The translations under genes and the position numbers were made by a program. The notes under the pieces were generated by a model. The model searched no databases and was not told the origin of the DNA. It was given only the letters and a program-made list of their open reading frames with translations. From the NCBI RefSeq assembly GCF_902713615.1, contig NC_052169.1, forward strand, positions 696,708 to 760,707: 64,000 bases of DNA, read 5' to 3'. Position 1 is the stretch's first letter; the number at the start of each line of letters is the position of its first letter. The stretch comes from Scyliorhinus canicula (taxonomy: Eukaryota). Positions 12,668-24,036 of this stretch are shown in pieces.

Positions 12668-13022
12668 ATAGAAATCATAGAATTTATAGTGCACAAGGAG
12701 GCCATTCGGTCCATCGAGTCTGCACCGGCTCCTGGAAAGAGCACCCTACCCACGGTTAACACCTCCGCCCTATCCCCATAACCCAGTAACCCCACCCAAC
12801 ACTAAGGGCAATTTTTGGACACCAAGGGCAATTTATCATGGCCAATCCACCTAACTTGCACATCTTTGGACTGTGGGAGGAAACCGGAGCACCCGGAGGA
12901 AACCCACGCACACACGGGGAGGATGTGCAGACTCCGCACAGACAGTGACCCAAGCCGGAATCGAACCCGGGACCCTGGAGCTGTGAAGCAATTGTGCTAT
13001 CCACAATGCTACCGTGCTGCCC
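12668..13022 (-). mobile_element. Full-length HE1-type V-SINE
   Basis: Head, V-core and CR1-like tail (gatggaccgaatggcctccttgtgcactataaattctatga). Confidence 0.9.
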
Positions 13023-13334
13023 CAAAATGAATTGAATCATTTAAAAATGCTTGAGGTTTACAGGCTGCCACCATGCTGTGTTCCTCTTGACGTTTGATTT
13101 GCTGACGTTGATAATAATCACACTTATGTTCGGAGAGATAAGAATTATTAATGTTTAATATTCTCCACCTGTCCAGCGAGGCTGTGAACGTGGCTCCTTA
13201 ACTGGCACAACCCCCCCCCCCCCCGCCCCCCTGTGCTGGGTATTCAGAGCCTCTGACGGGGAAACTGATAGGAAAAGTGGTTAGTTCTGTCTTAATATTA
13301 ATATTGTGAAACTTACCGGCCCGGTGCAGGGGGG

Positions 13335-14100
13335 CGGTCAGCTCCCGGCGGGGTAGAGGCCGCTCCCGGGGGGGGGGGGGGGTGGGGGAGAGGCCGCTCC
13401 CGGGGGGGGGGGGGGGGAGGAGGCCGCTCCTGGTGGGGGGGGGGGAGAGAGGCCGCTCCCGGGGGGGGGGGGGGGAGAGGCCGCTCCCGGGTGGGGGGGT
13501 GGAAGAGGCCGCTCCCGGGGGGGGGGGGGGGGGGGGGGGGAGAGAGGCCGCTCCCGGGGGGGGGGGGGGGGGAGAGAGGCCGCTCCCGGGGGGGGGGGGG
13601 GGGGGGAAGAGAGAGGCCGCTCCGGGGGGGGGGGGGAGAGAGGCCGCTCCCGGGGGGGGGGGGGGGGGAGAGAGGCCGCTCCGGGGGGGGGGGGAGAAGA
13701 GAGGCCGCTCCCGGGGGGGGGGGGGGGGGAAGAGAGGCCGCTCCCGGGGGGGGGGGGGGGAGAGAGGCCGCTCCCGGGGGGGGGGGGGGGAAGAGAGGCC
13801 GCTCCCGGGGGGGGGGGGGGAAAGAGAGGCCGCTCCCGGGGGGGGGGGGGGGGAAGAGAGGCCGCTCCCGGGGGGGGGGGGGGAAGAGAGGCCGCTCCCG
13901 GGGGGGGGGGGGGGAAGAGAGGCCGCTCCCGGGGGGGGGGGGGGGGAAGAGAGGCCGCTCCCGGGGGGGGGGGGGGGGGGAGAGAGGCCGCTCCCGGGGG
14001 TGGGGGGGGGGGGGGGGGAAGGCGCTCCCGGGGGGGGGGGGGGGGGGGAGAGGGGCCGCTCCTGTGGGGGGGGGAAAGAGAGGCCGCTCCTGGTTGGGGG
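13335..14100. repeat. Poly-G minisatellite (gagaggccgctccc + G10-20) upstream of the MPHOSPH10 promoter
   Basis: More than 20 tandem units with variable homopolymer length. Confidence 0.95.
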
Positions 14101-14391
14101 GGGATGCCGCTCTCCGCTCCAGCCAGCTAGGGTGGTTCACGGATCCCATTCTGACGGACTGGAGACCCCGGGCCTCGCCGGCACCGAGCGCCACGTTGCT
14201 ATGGTGACGGCGGCCGGCGCTCCGAGTGAAGGAAACGTTTAAAAACTGGCGGCAAAGGTGAAGCGGAAGTGGCGGCTGGTGTTCCGGATCCGGGGCTCGG
14301 GGGGAATCCCGGTGTCGCGTTCCAGGGTTCCGGGGGCGGGTTTCCGGTTCCGGGGACGCTCTCAGTGTGACGCCGGCGGGAAGATGGCGGC
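14100..14391. promoter_or_regulatory. CpG-island promoter of MPHOSPH10, probably bidirectional, with RFX X-box, ETS and YY1 motifs
   Basis: CpG-dense; GTTGCTATGGTGAC (14195-14208; GTCACCATAGCAAC on minus, X-box consensus); GCGGAAGTG (14263-14271, ETS/GABPA); AAGATGGCGGC (14381-14391, YY1, overlapping the ATG). Confidence 0.7.
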
Positions 14392-14451
14392 GCTGGCGGA
14401 AAGCGCGCGGAGGCTGGAGCGCGCGGTGCAGAAACCCGAACTCCTGCTGAG
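14384..14451 (+). CDS. MPHOSPH10: MPHOSPH10 coding exon 1 (U3 snoRNP/SSU processome protein MPP10)
   Basis: ATG in aagATGgcggcg inside a CpG island; MAALAESARRLERAVQKPELLL; donor AG|GTAAAC (phase 2) joins exon 2 in frame; resembles vertebrate MPP10 N-terminus (..RPECFLTIQEGLA..). Confidence 0.88.
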
Positions 14452-14455
14452 GTAA

Positions 14456-17352
14456 ACCCGGGACCGAGCGGGAGCCGGACCCGAGCGGGAGTCGGATCCG
14501 GGACCGACCGAGAGCCAGACCGGGAGTCGGATCCGGGACAGAGCGGGAGCCGGCCCCGGGACAGAGCGGGAGCCGGACCCGGGTCAGAGCCGGACACGGG
14601 ACCGAGCGGGAGCCGGACCCGGGACCGAGCGGGAGCCGGACCCGGGACAGACTGAGAGCCAGACCGGGAGTGGGAGCCGGACCCGGGACAGAGCCAGGCC
14701 GGGACAGACCGGGAGCCGGACCTGGGAGAGAGCAGGAACCGGACCCGGGAGAGAGCAGGAACCGGATGCGAGTTATACTGACCGAGAGACCTGGACCGAG
14801 TTATACTGACCGAGAGACCTGGACCCGAGTTATACTGACCGAGAGACCTGGACCCGAGTTATACTGACCGAGAGACCTGGACCCGAGTTATACTGACCGA
14901 GAGACCTGGACCCGAGTTATACTGACCGAGAGACCTGGACCCGAGTTATACTGACAGGAACCGGACCCGAGTTATACTGACCGAGAGAGCAGGCACCGGA
15001 CCCGAGTTATACTGACAGGAACCGGACCCGAGTTATACTGACAGGAACCGGACCCGAGTTATACTGACAGGAACCGGACCCGAGTTATACTGACAGGAAC
15101 CGGACCCGAATTATACTGACCGAGAGAGCAGGAACCGGACCCGAGTTACACTGACCGAGAGAGCAGGAACCGGACCCGAGTTATACTGACCGAGAGAGCA
15201 GGAACCGGACCTGAGTTATACTGACCGAGAGAGCAGGCACCGGACCCGAGTTATACTGACCGAGAGAGCAGGAACCGGACCCGAGTTATACTGACCGAGA
15301 GAGCAGGAACCGGACCTGAGTTATACTGACCGAGAGAGCAGGCACCGGACCCGAGTTATACTGACCGAGAGAGCAGGAACCGGACCAGAGTTATACTGAC
15401 CGAGAGAGCAGGCACCGGACCCGAGTTATACTGACAGGAACCGGACCCGAGTTATACTGACCGAGAGAGCAGGAACCGGACCCGAGTTATACTGACCGAG
15501 AGAGCAGGAACCGGACCAGAGTTATACTGACCGAGAGAGCAGGAACCGGACCAGAGTTATACTGACCGAGAGTCCAAGGAACCGGACCAGAGTTATACTG
15601 ACCGAGGGAGCAGGAACCGGACCCGAGTTATACTGACCGAGAGAGCAGGCACCGGACCCGAGTTATACTGACCGAGAGAGCAGGAACCGGACCCGAGTTA
15701 TACTGACAGGAACCGGACCCGAGTTATACTGACCGAGAGAGCAGGAACCGGACCCGAGTTATACTGACCGAGAGAGCAGGAACCGGACCCGAGTTATACT
15801 GACCGAGAGTCCAAGGAACCGGACCAGAGTTATACTGACCGAGAGAACAGGAAACGGACCCGAGTTATACTGACCGAGGGAGCAGGAACCGGACCCGAGT
15901 TATACTGACCGAGAGAACAGGAAACGGACCCGAGTTATACTGACCGAGGGAGCAGGAACCGGACCAGAGTTATACTGACCGAAAGACCTGGACCCGAGTT
16001 ATACTGACCGAGAGAGCAGGAACCGGACCCGAGTTATACTGACCGAGAGAGCAGGAACCGGACCCGAGTTACACTGACCGAGAGACCTGGACCCGAGTTA
16101 TACTGACCGAGAGAGCAGGAACCGGACGCGAGTTACACTGACCGAGAGAGCAGGAACCGGACGCGAGTTACACTGACAGGAACCGGACCAGAGTTATACT
16201 GACCGAGAGAGCAGGAACCGGACCAGAGTTATACTGACCGAGAGTCCAAGGAACCGGACCAGAGTTATACTGACCGAGGGAGCAGGAACCGGACCCGAGT
16301 TATACTGACCGAGAGAACAGGAAACGGACCCTAGTTATACTGACCGAGAGAGCAGGAACCGGATGTGAGTTATACTGACCGAGAGACCTGGACCCGAGTT
16401 ATACTGACCGAGAGAGCAGGCACCGGACCCGAGTTATACTGACCGAGAGAGCAGGCACCGGACCCGAGTTATACTGACCGAGAGAACAGGACCCGAGTTA
16501 TACTGACCGAGAGAGCAGGAACCGGACCCGAGTTATACTGACAGGAACCGGACCCGAGTTATACTGACCAAGAGAGCAGGAACCGGACCCGAGTTACACT
16601 GACCGAGAGACCTGGACCCGAGTTATACTGACCGAGAGAGCAGGAACCGGACCCGAGTTATACTGACCGAGAGAGCAGGAACCGGACCCGAGTTATACTG
16701 ACCGAGAGACCTGGACCCGAGTTATACTGACCGAGAGAGCAGGAACCGGACCAGAGTTACACTGACCGAGAGAGCAGGAACCGGACCCGAGTTATACTGA
16801 CCGAGAGAGCAGGCACCGGACCCGAGTTATACTGACCGAGAGAGCAGGAACCGGACCCGAGTTACACTGACCGAGAGACCTGGACCCGAGTTATACTGAC
16901 CGAGAGAGCAGGAACCGGATGTGAGTTACACTGACCGAGAGAGCAGGAACCGGATGTGCGTTACACTGACCGAGAGAGCAGGAACCGGACCCGAGTTACA
17001 CTGACCGAGAGAGCAGGAACCGGACCCGAGTTATACTGACCGAGATAGCAGGAACCGGACCCGAATTACACTGACCGAGAGAGCAGGAACCGGATGCGAG
17101 TTATTCTGACCGGGAGAGCAGGAACCGGACCCGAGTTACACTGACCGAGAGAGCAGGAACCGGATGTGAGTTATACTGACCGAGAGAGCAGGAACCGGAC
17201 CAGAGTTACACTGACCGAGAGAGCAGGAACCGGATGTGAGTTATACTGACCGAGAGAGCAGGAACCGGATGTGAGTTATACTGACCGAGAGAGCAGGAAC
17301 AGGATCCGAGTTATACTGACCATGAGAGCAGGAACCGGACCCAAGTTACACT
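14456..17352. repeat. MPHOSPH10 intron 1 minisatellite; ~23-bp CpG-rich units grading into 26/29/35-bp units (gacccgagttatactgaccgagagagcaggaaccg)
   Basis: Tandem periodicity starting ~5 nt after the exon 1 donor and filling almost all of intron 1. Confidence 0.95.
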
Positions 17353-17538
17353 GGCTGGTAACGCTCTGACCGGTGGTGAGCCGCCTGGTTTCAGACTCTT
17401 CCAAATAGACTTTCCTACAGGAGTTAATATGTTTAATATAAATTAGAGGGTGGGGGATTGACATTTGTAAGAAGCGAATGTTGAGTTGTTGTGTTTCAGG
17501 GTGAGATGTGTAACCATGTCTCTCTCTCTCTCTCCTAG

Positions 17539-18235
17539 TGTACAGGATGGTTTGGCATTGGACTTCACTGTTCTCACTAAGGAGCTGTATGATTTACAGA
17601 AGGCACAAGAGTCCGATACTACTGCTGGAAGCCCGCTGAAGGAGCTGGTCATAGAGCAGTTTGATGAGGAGCAGATCTGGCAGGAGATTGAACTGCAGAA
17701 TCATTCGGTCTTAAACTATTTCAAAGATACAGTGGCTTTTTTACTTCAGAGCCCCTTTAGCAGACTGATTAATACCGGAGATGTGGAGATTGAAGCTCCT
17801 GAGGAAGACATTGAAAATAATGAATCTGCAGAAACAGATGGTGAGATTGTTGAGGGTAGTGATGGGGAGGAGGAAGAGTTAAAAAAACAGGCAATAAAGA
17901 GAAAACCTATTCAAAGAGAAAATGCGAGTGATGAACTCTCTGATGAAGACTCTGACCTCAACTTTGATATTGATGAAGTTGAGGAAAGGACTAAACTTCA
18001 GAGGAAATGCTCTCGATTTGCCAGTAACTCAGAACTAGACGATAAATTTTTTAGACTTTCGGAAATGGAAGATTTTTTAGAGAAAGTTGAGAAAGAAGAA
18101 GAGAAGCAGAAAGATAATGATGAAATAGATTATTTTGAAGATATTCCCTCTGAAGATGAAGAACTTGGAGATTATTTTGAAGATGTTCCCTCTGAAGATG
18201 ACGAAGTTGTCCTAAAAACAAAGACTAAGATAAAG
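17539..18235 (+). CDS. MPHOSPH10: MPHOSPH10 coding exon 2
   Basis: Acceptor (tc)n-ctag|; VQDGLALDFTVLTKELYD..GSPLKELVIEQFDEEQIWQEIELQN..DDKFFRLSEMEDFLE..IDYFEDI, hallmark MPP10 motifs; donor AAG|GTAATA. Confidence 0.97.
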
Positions 18236-18259
18236 GTAATAATATTCCTCCAGTATTCC

Positions 18260-21200
18260 GCCCTGCTCCGTGGCGTGGGGCCGGCTCGGTGCCCCTGCTC
18301 CGTGGCGTGGGGCCGGCTCGGTGCCCCAGCTCCGTGGCGTGGGGCCGGCTCGGTGCCCCAGCTCCGTGGTGGGGCCGGCACGGTGCCCCTGCTCCGTGGC
18401 GTGGGGCCCCTGCTCCGTGGTGGTGCCGGCTCGGTGCCCCTGCTCCGTGATGGTGCCGGCACGGGGCCCCTGCTCCGTGGTGGTGCCGGCACGGGGCCCT
18501 GCTCCGTGGCGTGGTGCCCCTGCTCCGTGGTGGTGCCGGCACGGGGCCCCTGCTCCGTGGCGTGGGGCCCCTGCTCCGTGGCGTGGGGCCGGCACGGGGC
18601 CCCTGCTCCGTGGTGGTGCCGGCTCGGTGCCCCTGCTCCGTGGTGGTGCCGGCACGGTGCCCCTGCTCCGTGGCGTGGGGCCCCTGCTCCGTGGTGGTGC
18701 CGGCTCGGTGCCCCTGCTCCGTGGTGGTGCCGGCTCGGTGCCCCTGCTTCGTGGTGGTGCCGGTGCGGTGCCCCTGCTCCGTGGTGGTGCCGGCGTGGGG
18801 CCCCTGCTCCGTGGCGTGGGGCCCCTGCTCCGTGGTGGTGCCGGTGCGGTGCCCCTGCTCCGTGGTGGTGCCGGTGCGGTGCCCCTGCTCCGTGGTGGTG
18901 CCGGCGTGGGGCCCCTGCTCCGTGGCGTGGGGCCCCTGCTCCGTGGTGGTGCCGGTGCGGTGCCCCTGCTCCGTGGCGTGGGGCCCCTGCTCCGTGGCGT
19001 GGGGCCCCTGCTCCGTGGTGGTGCCGGCACGGTGCCCCTGCTCCGTGGTGGTGCCGGCACGGGGCCCCTGCTCCGTGGTGGTGCCGGCACGGGGCCCCTG
19101 CTCCGTGGTGGTGCCGGCACGGTGCCCCTGCTCCGTGGTGGTGCCGGCACGGTGCCCCTGCTCCGTGGTGGTGCCGGCACGGTGCCCCTGCTCCGTGGCG
19201 TGGGGCCCCTGCTCCGTGGTGGTGCCGGCACGGGGCCCCTGCTCCGTGGCGTGGGGCCCCTGCTCCGTGGTGTGGGGCCGGCTCGGTGCCCCTGCTCCGT
19301 GGTGTGGGGCCGGCGCGGTGCCCCTGCTCCGTGGTGGTGCCGGCTCGGTGCCCCTGCTCCGTGGTGGTGCCGGCACGGTGCCCCTGCTCCGTGGCGTGGG
19401 GCCCCTGCTCCGTGGTGGTGCCGGCACGGGGCCCCTGCTCCGTGGTGTGGTCGGCACGGTGCCCCTGCTCCGTGGCGTGGGGCCCCTGCTCCGTGCCTCG
19501 GGGCCGGCTCGGTGCCCCTGCTCCGTGGTGGGGCCGGCACGGTGCCCCTGCTCCGTGGCGTGGGGCCCCTGCTCCGTGGTGGTGCCGGCACGGGGCCCCT
19601 GCTCCGTGGTGGTGCCGGCTCGGTGCCCCTGCTCCGTGGTGGTGCCGGCTCGGTGCCCCTGCTCCGTGGTGGTGCCGGCTCGGTGCCCCTGCTCCGTGGT
19701 GGTGCCGGCTCGGTGCCCCTGCTCCGTGGTGGTGCCGGCACGGGGCCCCTGCTCCGTGGTGGTGCCGGCGTGGGGCCCCTGCTCCGTGGTGGTGCCGGCT
19801 CGGTGCCCCTGCTCCGTGGTGTGGGGCCGGCGCGGTGCCCCTGCTCCGTGGTGGTGCCGGCACGGTGCCCCTGCTCCGTGGTGGTGCCGGCACGGTGCCC
19901 CTGCTCCGTGGTGTGGGGCCCCTGCTCCGTGGTGTGGGGCCGGCTCGGTGCCCCTGCTCCGTGGCGTGGGGCCGGTGCGGTGCCCCTGCTCCGTGGTGGT
20001 GCCGGCACGGTGCCCCTGCTCCGTGGTGGTGCCGGCACGGTGCCCCTGCTCCGTGGTGTGGGGCCCCTGCTCCGTGGTGGTGCCGGCACGGGGCCCCTGC
20101 TCCGTGGTGGTGCCGGCTCGGTGCCCCTGCTCCGTGGTGGTGCCGGCTCGGTGCCCCTGCTCCGTGGTGGTGCCGGCGTGGGGCCCCTGCTCCGTGGTGG
20201 TGCCGGCTCGGTGCCCCTGCTCCGTGGTGGTGCCGGCACGGGGCCCCTGCTCCGTGGTGGTGCCGGCTCGGTGCCCCTGCTCCGTGGTGGGGCCGGCTCG
20301 GTGCCCCTGCTCCGTGGTGGTGCCGGCTCGGTGCCCCTGCTCCGTGGTGGTGCCGGCTCGGTGCCCCTGCTCCGTGGTGGTGCCGGCACGGGGCCCCTGC
20401 TCCGTGGTGGTGCCGGCTCGGTGCCCCTGCTCCGTGGTGGTGCCGGCTCGGTGCCCCTGCTCCGTGGTGGTACCGGCTCGGTGCCCCTGCTCCGTGGCGT
20501 GGGGCCGGCACGGTGCCCCTGCTCCGTGGTGTGGGGCCGGTGCGGTGCCCCTGCTCCGTGGTGGTGCCGGCTCGGTGCCCCTGCTCCGTGGTGGTGCCGG
20601 CACGGTGCCCCTGCTCCGTGGCGTGGGGCCCCTGCTCCGTGGTAGTGCCGGCACGGGGCCCCTGCTCCGTGGTGTGGTCGGCACGGTGCCCCTGCTCCGT
20701 GCCTCGGGGCCGGCTCGGTGCCCCTGCTCCGTGGTGGGGCCGGCTCGGTGCCCCTGCTCCGTGGCGTGGGGCCGGCTCGGTGCCCTGCTCCGTGGTGGTG
20801 CCGGCTCGGTGCCCCTGCTCCGTGGTGGTGCCGGCTCGGTGCCCCTGCTCCGTGGTGGTGCCGGCTCGGTGCCCCTGCTCCGTGGTGGTGCCGGCACGGG
20901 GCCCCTGCTCCGTGGTGGGTGCCGGCTCGGTGCCCCTGCTCCGTGGTGGTGCCGGCTCGGTGCCCCTGCTCCGTGGTGGTGCCGGCTCGGTGCCCCTGCT
21001 CCGTGGTGGTGCCGGCTCGGTGCCCCTGCTCCGTGGTGGTGCCGGCTCGGTGCCCCTGCTCCGTGGTGGTGCCGGCTCGGTGCCCCTGCTCCGTGGTGGT
21101 GCCGGCTCGGTGCCCCTGCTCCGTGGTGGTGCCGGCGTGGGGCCCCTGCTCCGTGGTGTGGGGCCGGCTCGGTGCCCCTGCTCCGTGGTGTGGGGCCGGT

Positions 21201-21820
21201 GCGGTGCCCCTGCTCCGTGGTGGTGCCGGCACGGTGCCCCTGCTCCGTGGTGTGGGGCCCCTGCTCCGTGGTGTGGGGCCGGCTCGGTGCCCCTGCTCCA
21301 TGGCGTGGGGCCGGTGCGGTGCCCCTGCTCCGTGGTGGTGCCGGCACGGTGCCCCTGCTCCGTGGTGGTGCCGGCGTGGTGCCCCTGCTCCGTGGTGGTG
21401 CCGGCACGGTGCCCCTGCTCCGTGGTGTGGGGCCCCTGCTCCGTGGTGGTGCCGGCACGGGGCCCCTGCTCCGTGGTGGTGCCGGCTCGGTGCCCCTGCT
21501 CCGTGGTGGTGCCGGCGTGGGGCCCCTGCTCCGTGGTGGTGCCGGCACGGGGCCCCTGCTCCGTGGTGGTGCCGGCTCGGTGCCCCTGCTCCGTGGTGGT
21601 GCCGGCTCGGTGCCCCTGCTCCGTGGTGGTGCCGGCACTGTGCCCCTGCTCCGTGGCGTGGGGCCCCTGCTCCGTGGTGGTGCCGGCACGGGGCCCCTGC
21701 TCCGTGGTGGTGCCGGCTCGGTGCCCCTGCTCCGTGGTGGTGCCGGCTCGGTGCCCCTGCTCCGTGGTGGTGCCGGCTCGGTGCCCCTGCTCCGTGGTGG
21801 TGCCGGCACGGGGCCCCTGC
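18260..21820. repeat. MPHOSPH10 intron 2 minisatellite, 30-bp unit (cccctgctccgtggtggtgccggctcggtg) interspersed with a 21-bp variant
   Basis: Tandem periodicity; accounts for the >1000-aa ORFs on both strands. Confidence 0.97.
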
Positions 21821-21918
21821 ACGGGCTGCAGGAATTGCAGGGTCATGTTCTGTGAACTGAGTAAGGAACACTAATAATACTGTTTTTATGTATTTGAAAT
21901 TTGTTTGCTGTTTGTCAG

Positions 21919-22070
21919 ACCAAGAGTTCCAGGAACCTGCAGTACAAGGATTTCTTCGACCCAGTCGATGGTGAGAAACCTGCGGTAGAAGGTGGCGATG
22001 AGGAGAATGGGAGTGTTGAGGCCGAAGGAGAACCAGAGCCAGAATTTGAGGAGGAGGAAGAAATCAATGA
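21919..22070 (+). CDS. MPHOSPH10: MPHOSPH10 coding exon 3
   Basis: tttgtcag|; TKSSRNLQYKDFFDPVD followed by acidic tract; donor GA|GTATGT (phase 2). Confidence 0.93.
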
Positions 22071-22844
22071 GTATGTTTTCTGATGTTTTTTCCATTTACT
22101 CCTTTCCCAGCCAAGGCCTAGGCACTGGATCCACCTCCAGTTGCAGCATCACTGGCATCGCTCTGACAGGACTCTCCCTGTCTTGGGTGAGATCGAGTGT
22201 CAGGTGACTCATTAACACTGGGTGTCAGATCACTGCCTATCCTCCTAGGAATGTCAGCCTAGTTTACCCATTTCCTTTCTTCCACATACGATCCAAGTCC
22301 ACTGATGCTGCGCTTCCTCCTGTTGACTCATTCCAGGTGAAGGTTCGCAACACGGTGCGTCTGCAGAAGACACTGCCTTGATTTTGTATTCTGTACCTGA
22401 TGATGTCCAGCACCCACTGGCCTTAACAGTTCCCTCTTTGCTTTGGCTTTTAATGATGTGTATCTGGGTCGCTGAACCTCTTTATTTGTGTACAATTCGT
22501 CAGGGCACTGAGACCAGACATAGAAACCTAACCAGTGATGTAACTGGTTAGCGATGGGATGGAGTCTGGGCCACCGGATTTACAGCGATCAGTTTCCTCA
22601 GAACCATTGCCAATTGAGTCCTGCAGAAGCGATTAAAAGAATTATAAGCTGCAGTGCTCCAGCAATTGGTCTGTGTCTTACACCCTTCTGGCAATCTGTA
22701 AGATTTTGAATTATTGTCTCTCACTAATTAGCAAAGAATAAGATAAGTTCAAGCTGAAAATAGATATATTCCTTAGACAAACTAATAGAGTGTAGATCCC
22801 ATATTTATTTGTTGTATTAATTTGGTTTTCTTTCTGTGACTCAG

Positions 22845-23013
22845 AGACCAGGAGGAAGTGGCTGAATCCAAGAATGGCCAAGAGGCCAAGGGAGTGCATA
22901 AGAAAGTCACTTTTGACCTGTCGGATGACAGTGATGGGGATGAATCGGCCGTCAGCACAGGAGCAAAGAAGCCAGACGAGACCAAATCAGCCTTTGAAAA
23001 ACGTCAAGAAAAG
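22845..23013 (+). CDS. MPHOSPH10: MPHOSPH10 coding exon 4
   Basis: ctcag|; HKKVTFDLSDDSD..KSAFEKRQEK; donor AAG|GTGATT; phase consistent with exons 3 and 5. Confidence 0.93.
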
Positions 23014-23782
23014 GTGATTATTGGAATTACACTTAGTTCAGGCACAGGGTACAATATCTCCCCCCTGATACTTCCCTACGCTTTAAAATAGCCCCAAAGG
23101 AGTTACTGGGGAAATGACCAAAGGTTTTGTCAAAGAGATGTGTTTAAGGGAAGGACTGCAGATGAAGATATTTAGAGAGGATTTCAGAGTCTATATGGCT
23201 GGCGGTATGGCTACCAATAGAGGCACGATGAGGAGGAGGGAGACATGAAAGGTTGCAGTTTGAGCAAAGAGATTTTTGTGGTGGAGGCTGGAACAGGTTA
23301 CAGAGATATGAAGGGTAACAACGATTTAATATGAGGATGAGAATATTAACTTTGTGGGGAAGCGAGAGGTGATGTGCGAAATCGTAATACAAAGAAAGCC
23401 TTGAAAAGACCCCGTGTTCTTATCTCTTCCCCCGCTGCTGCCTGACTGGCTAGGGCATTTCCAGTGTTTTCAGTTTTCATTTCAAATCTCCGGCAGCTGC
23501 AGTGTTTTGCTCTGGGAAAGTGAGGGCTGTTGTTGTTACAAGAGGTTCAAACTGAAGGGATTGGACAGAGTAGATGGAAACAGTCTGTTCTTTGATTAAG
23601 GGATATAAATGTAAAATGATTTAGACAGGAGCAACATTTTTACTCCAGGTTGAGAGGTTGTGGAGTTAGTTTAGGAATGGGTTGGATCAGTGGTTGAGGG
23701 AACATGTGCTGCTGGTGTCCAGCCTGTCATTTCTGTGCAATGTAATTCCATAGGTAATGGCACCGTGTTTTGTTTCCTGTAG

Positions 23783-23924
23783 CTAAACGCACAAATCCAG
23801 CAGCTGGAGAAATCCGCCTTGGAGCAGAAGCCTTGGCAGCTCCTGGGAGAGGTCACAGCTCAGAAACGTCCAGAGAATAGCCTGCTGGAGGAGGACCTCC
23901 TGTTTGACCATGCAGTCAGGAAGG
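23783..23924 (+). CDS. MPHOSPH10: MPHOSPH10 coding exon 5
   Basis: cctgtag|; LEQKPWQLLGEVTAQKRPENSLLEEDLLFDHAVR, conserved MPP10 core; donor G|GTAGGT. Confidence 0.96.
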
Positions 23925-24036
23925 GTAGGTCTTCCCTTCGCACACTCCCCTCAATACTGGGGCAGAGGGGTGGGTGGAGAGAGGTCGGCAAAGACCACTT
24001 GTTATGTTTACGGTATGTCAGAATGTATGAGACAGT

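Larger units (their letters stand above)
10110..13165 (-). mobile_element. Ancient, internally deleted Gypsy/Ty3 (Mag-like) LTR retrotransposon, split by SINEs
   Basis: On minus: 5' LTR remnant (~13165-13074); PBS-like TGGTGGCAGC (13073-13064); gag fragments ERVSYILWTGDLGLHLF, MFERFSTHLQLKLNH, FQGLKQDLGEPIDNFVTRLKNSARKC; integrase tail HFNKTAKSPPQLLKGQRVNVQDPV..SRS..KRNGLHI; purine tract then TGTTATA (10352) starting the 3' LTR. LTR ends align (AATATTAAACAT..AAGTRTGATTATTA..CAAC). Confidence 0.75.

Noticed and set aside
1-13300. MCEE coding exons expected from synteny
   Set aside because: No GRLNHVAIAVPDL or GGMHHICIEV-like sequence in the ORF track or in the frames I read; cannot be called in this window.
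17486-21874. 1462-aa ORF and overlapping >1000-aa ORFs on both strands
   Set aside because: Only 17539-18235 is MPP10 exon 2; the rest is read-through into a stop-free GC-rich intronic minisatellite that is open in nearly every frame.
22395-22480. TGATGA..CTGA as a possible intronic C/D snoRNA
   Set aside because: Imperfect box C, no convincing terminal stem, and no recognisable rRNA guide.
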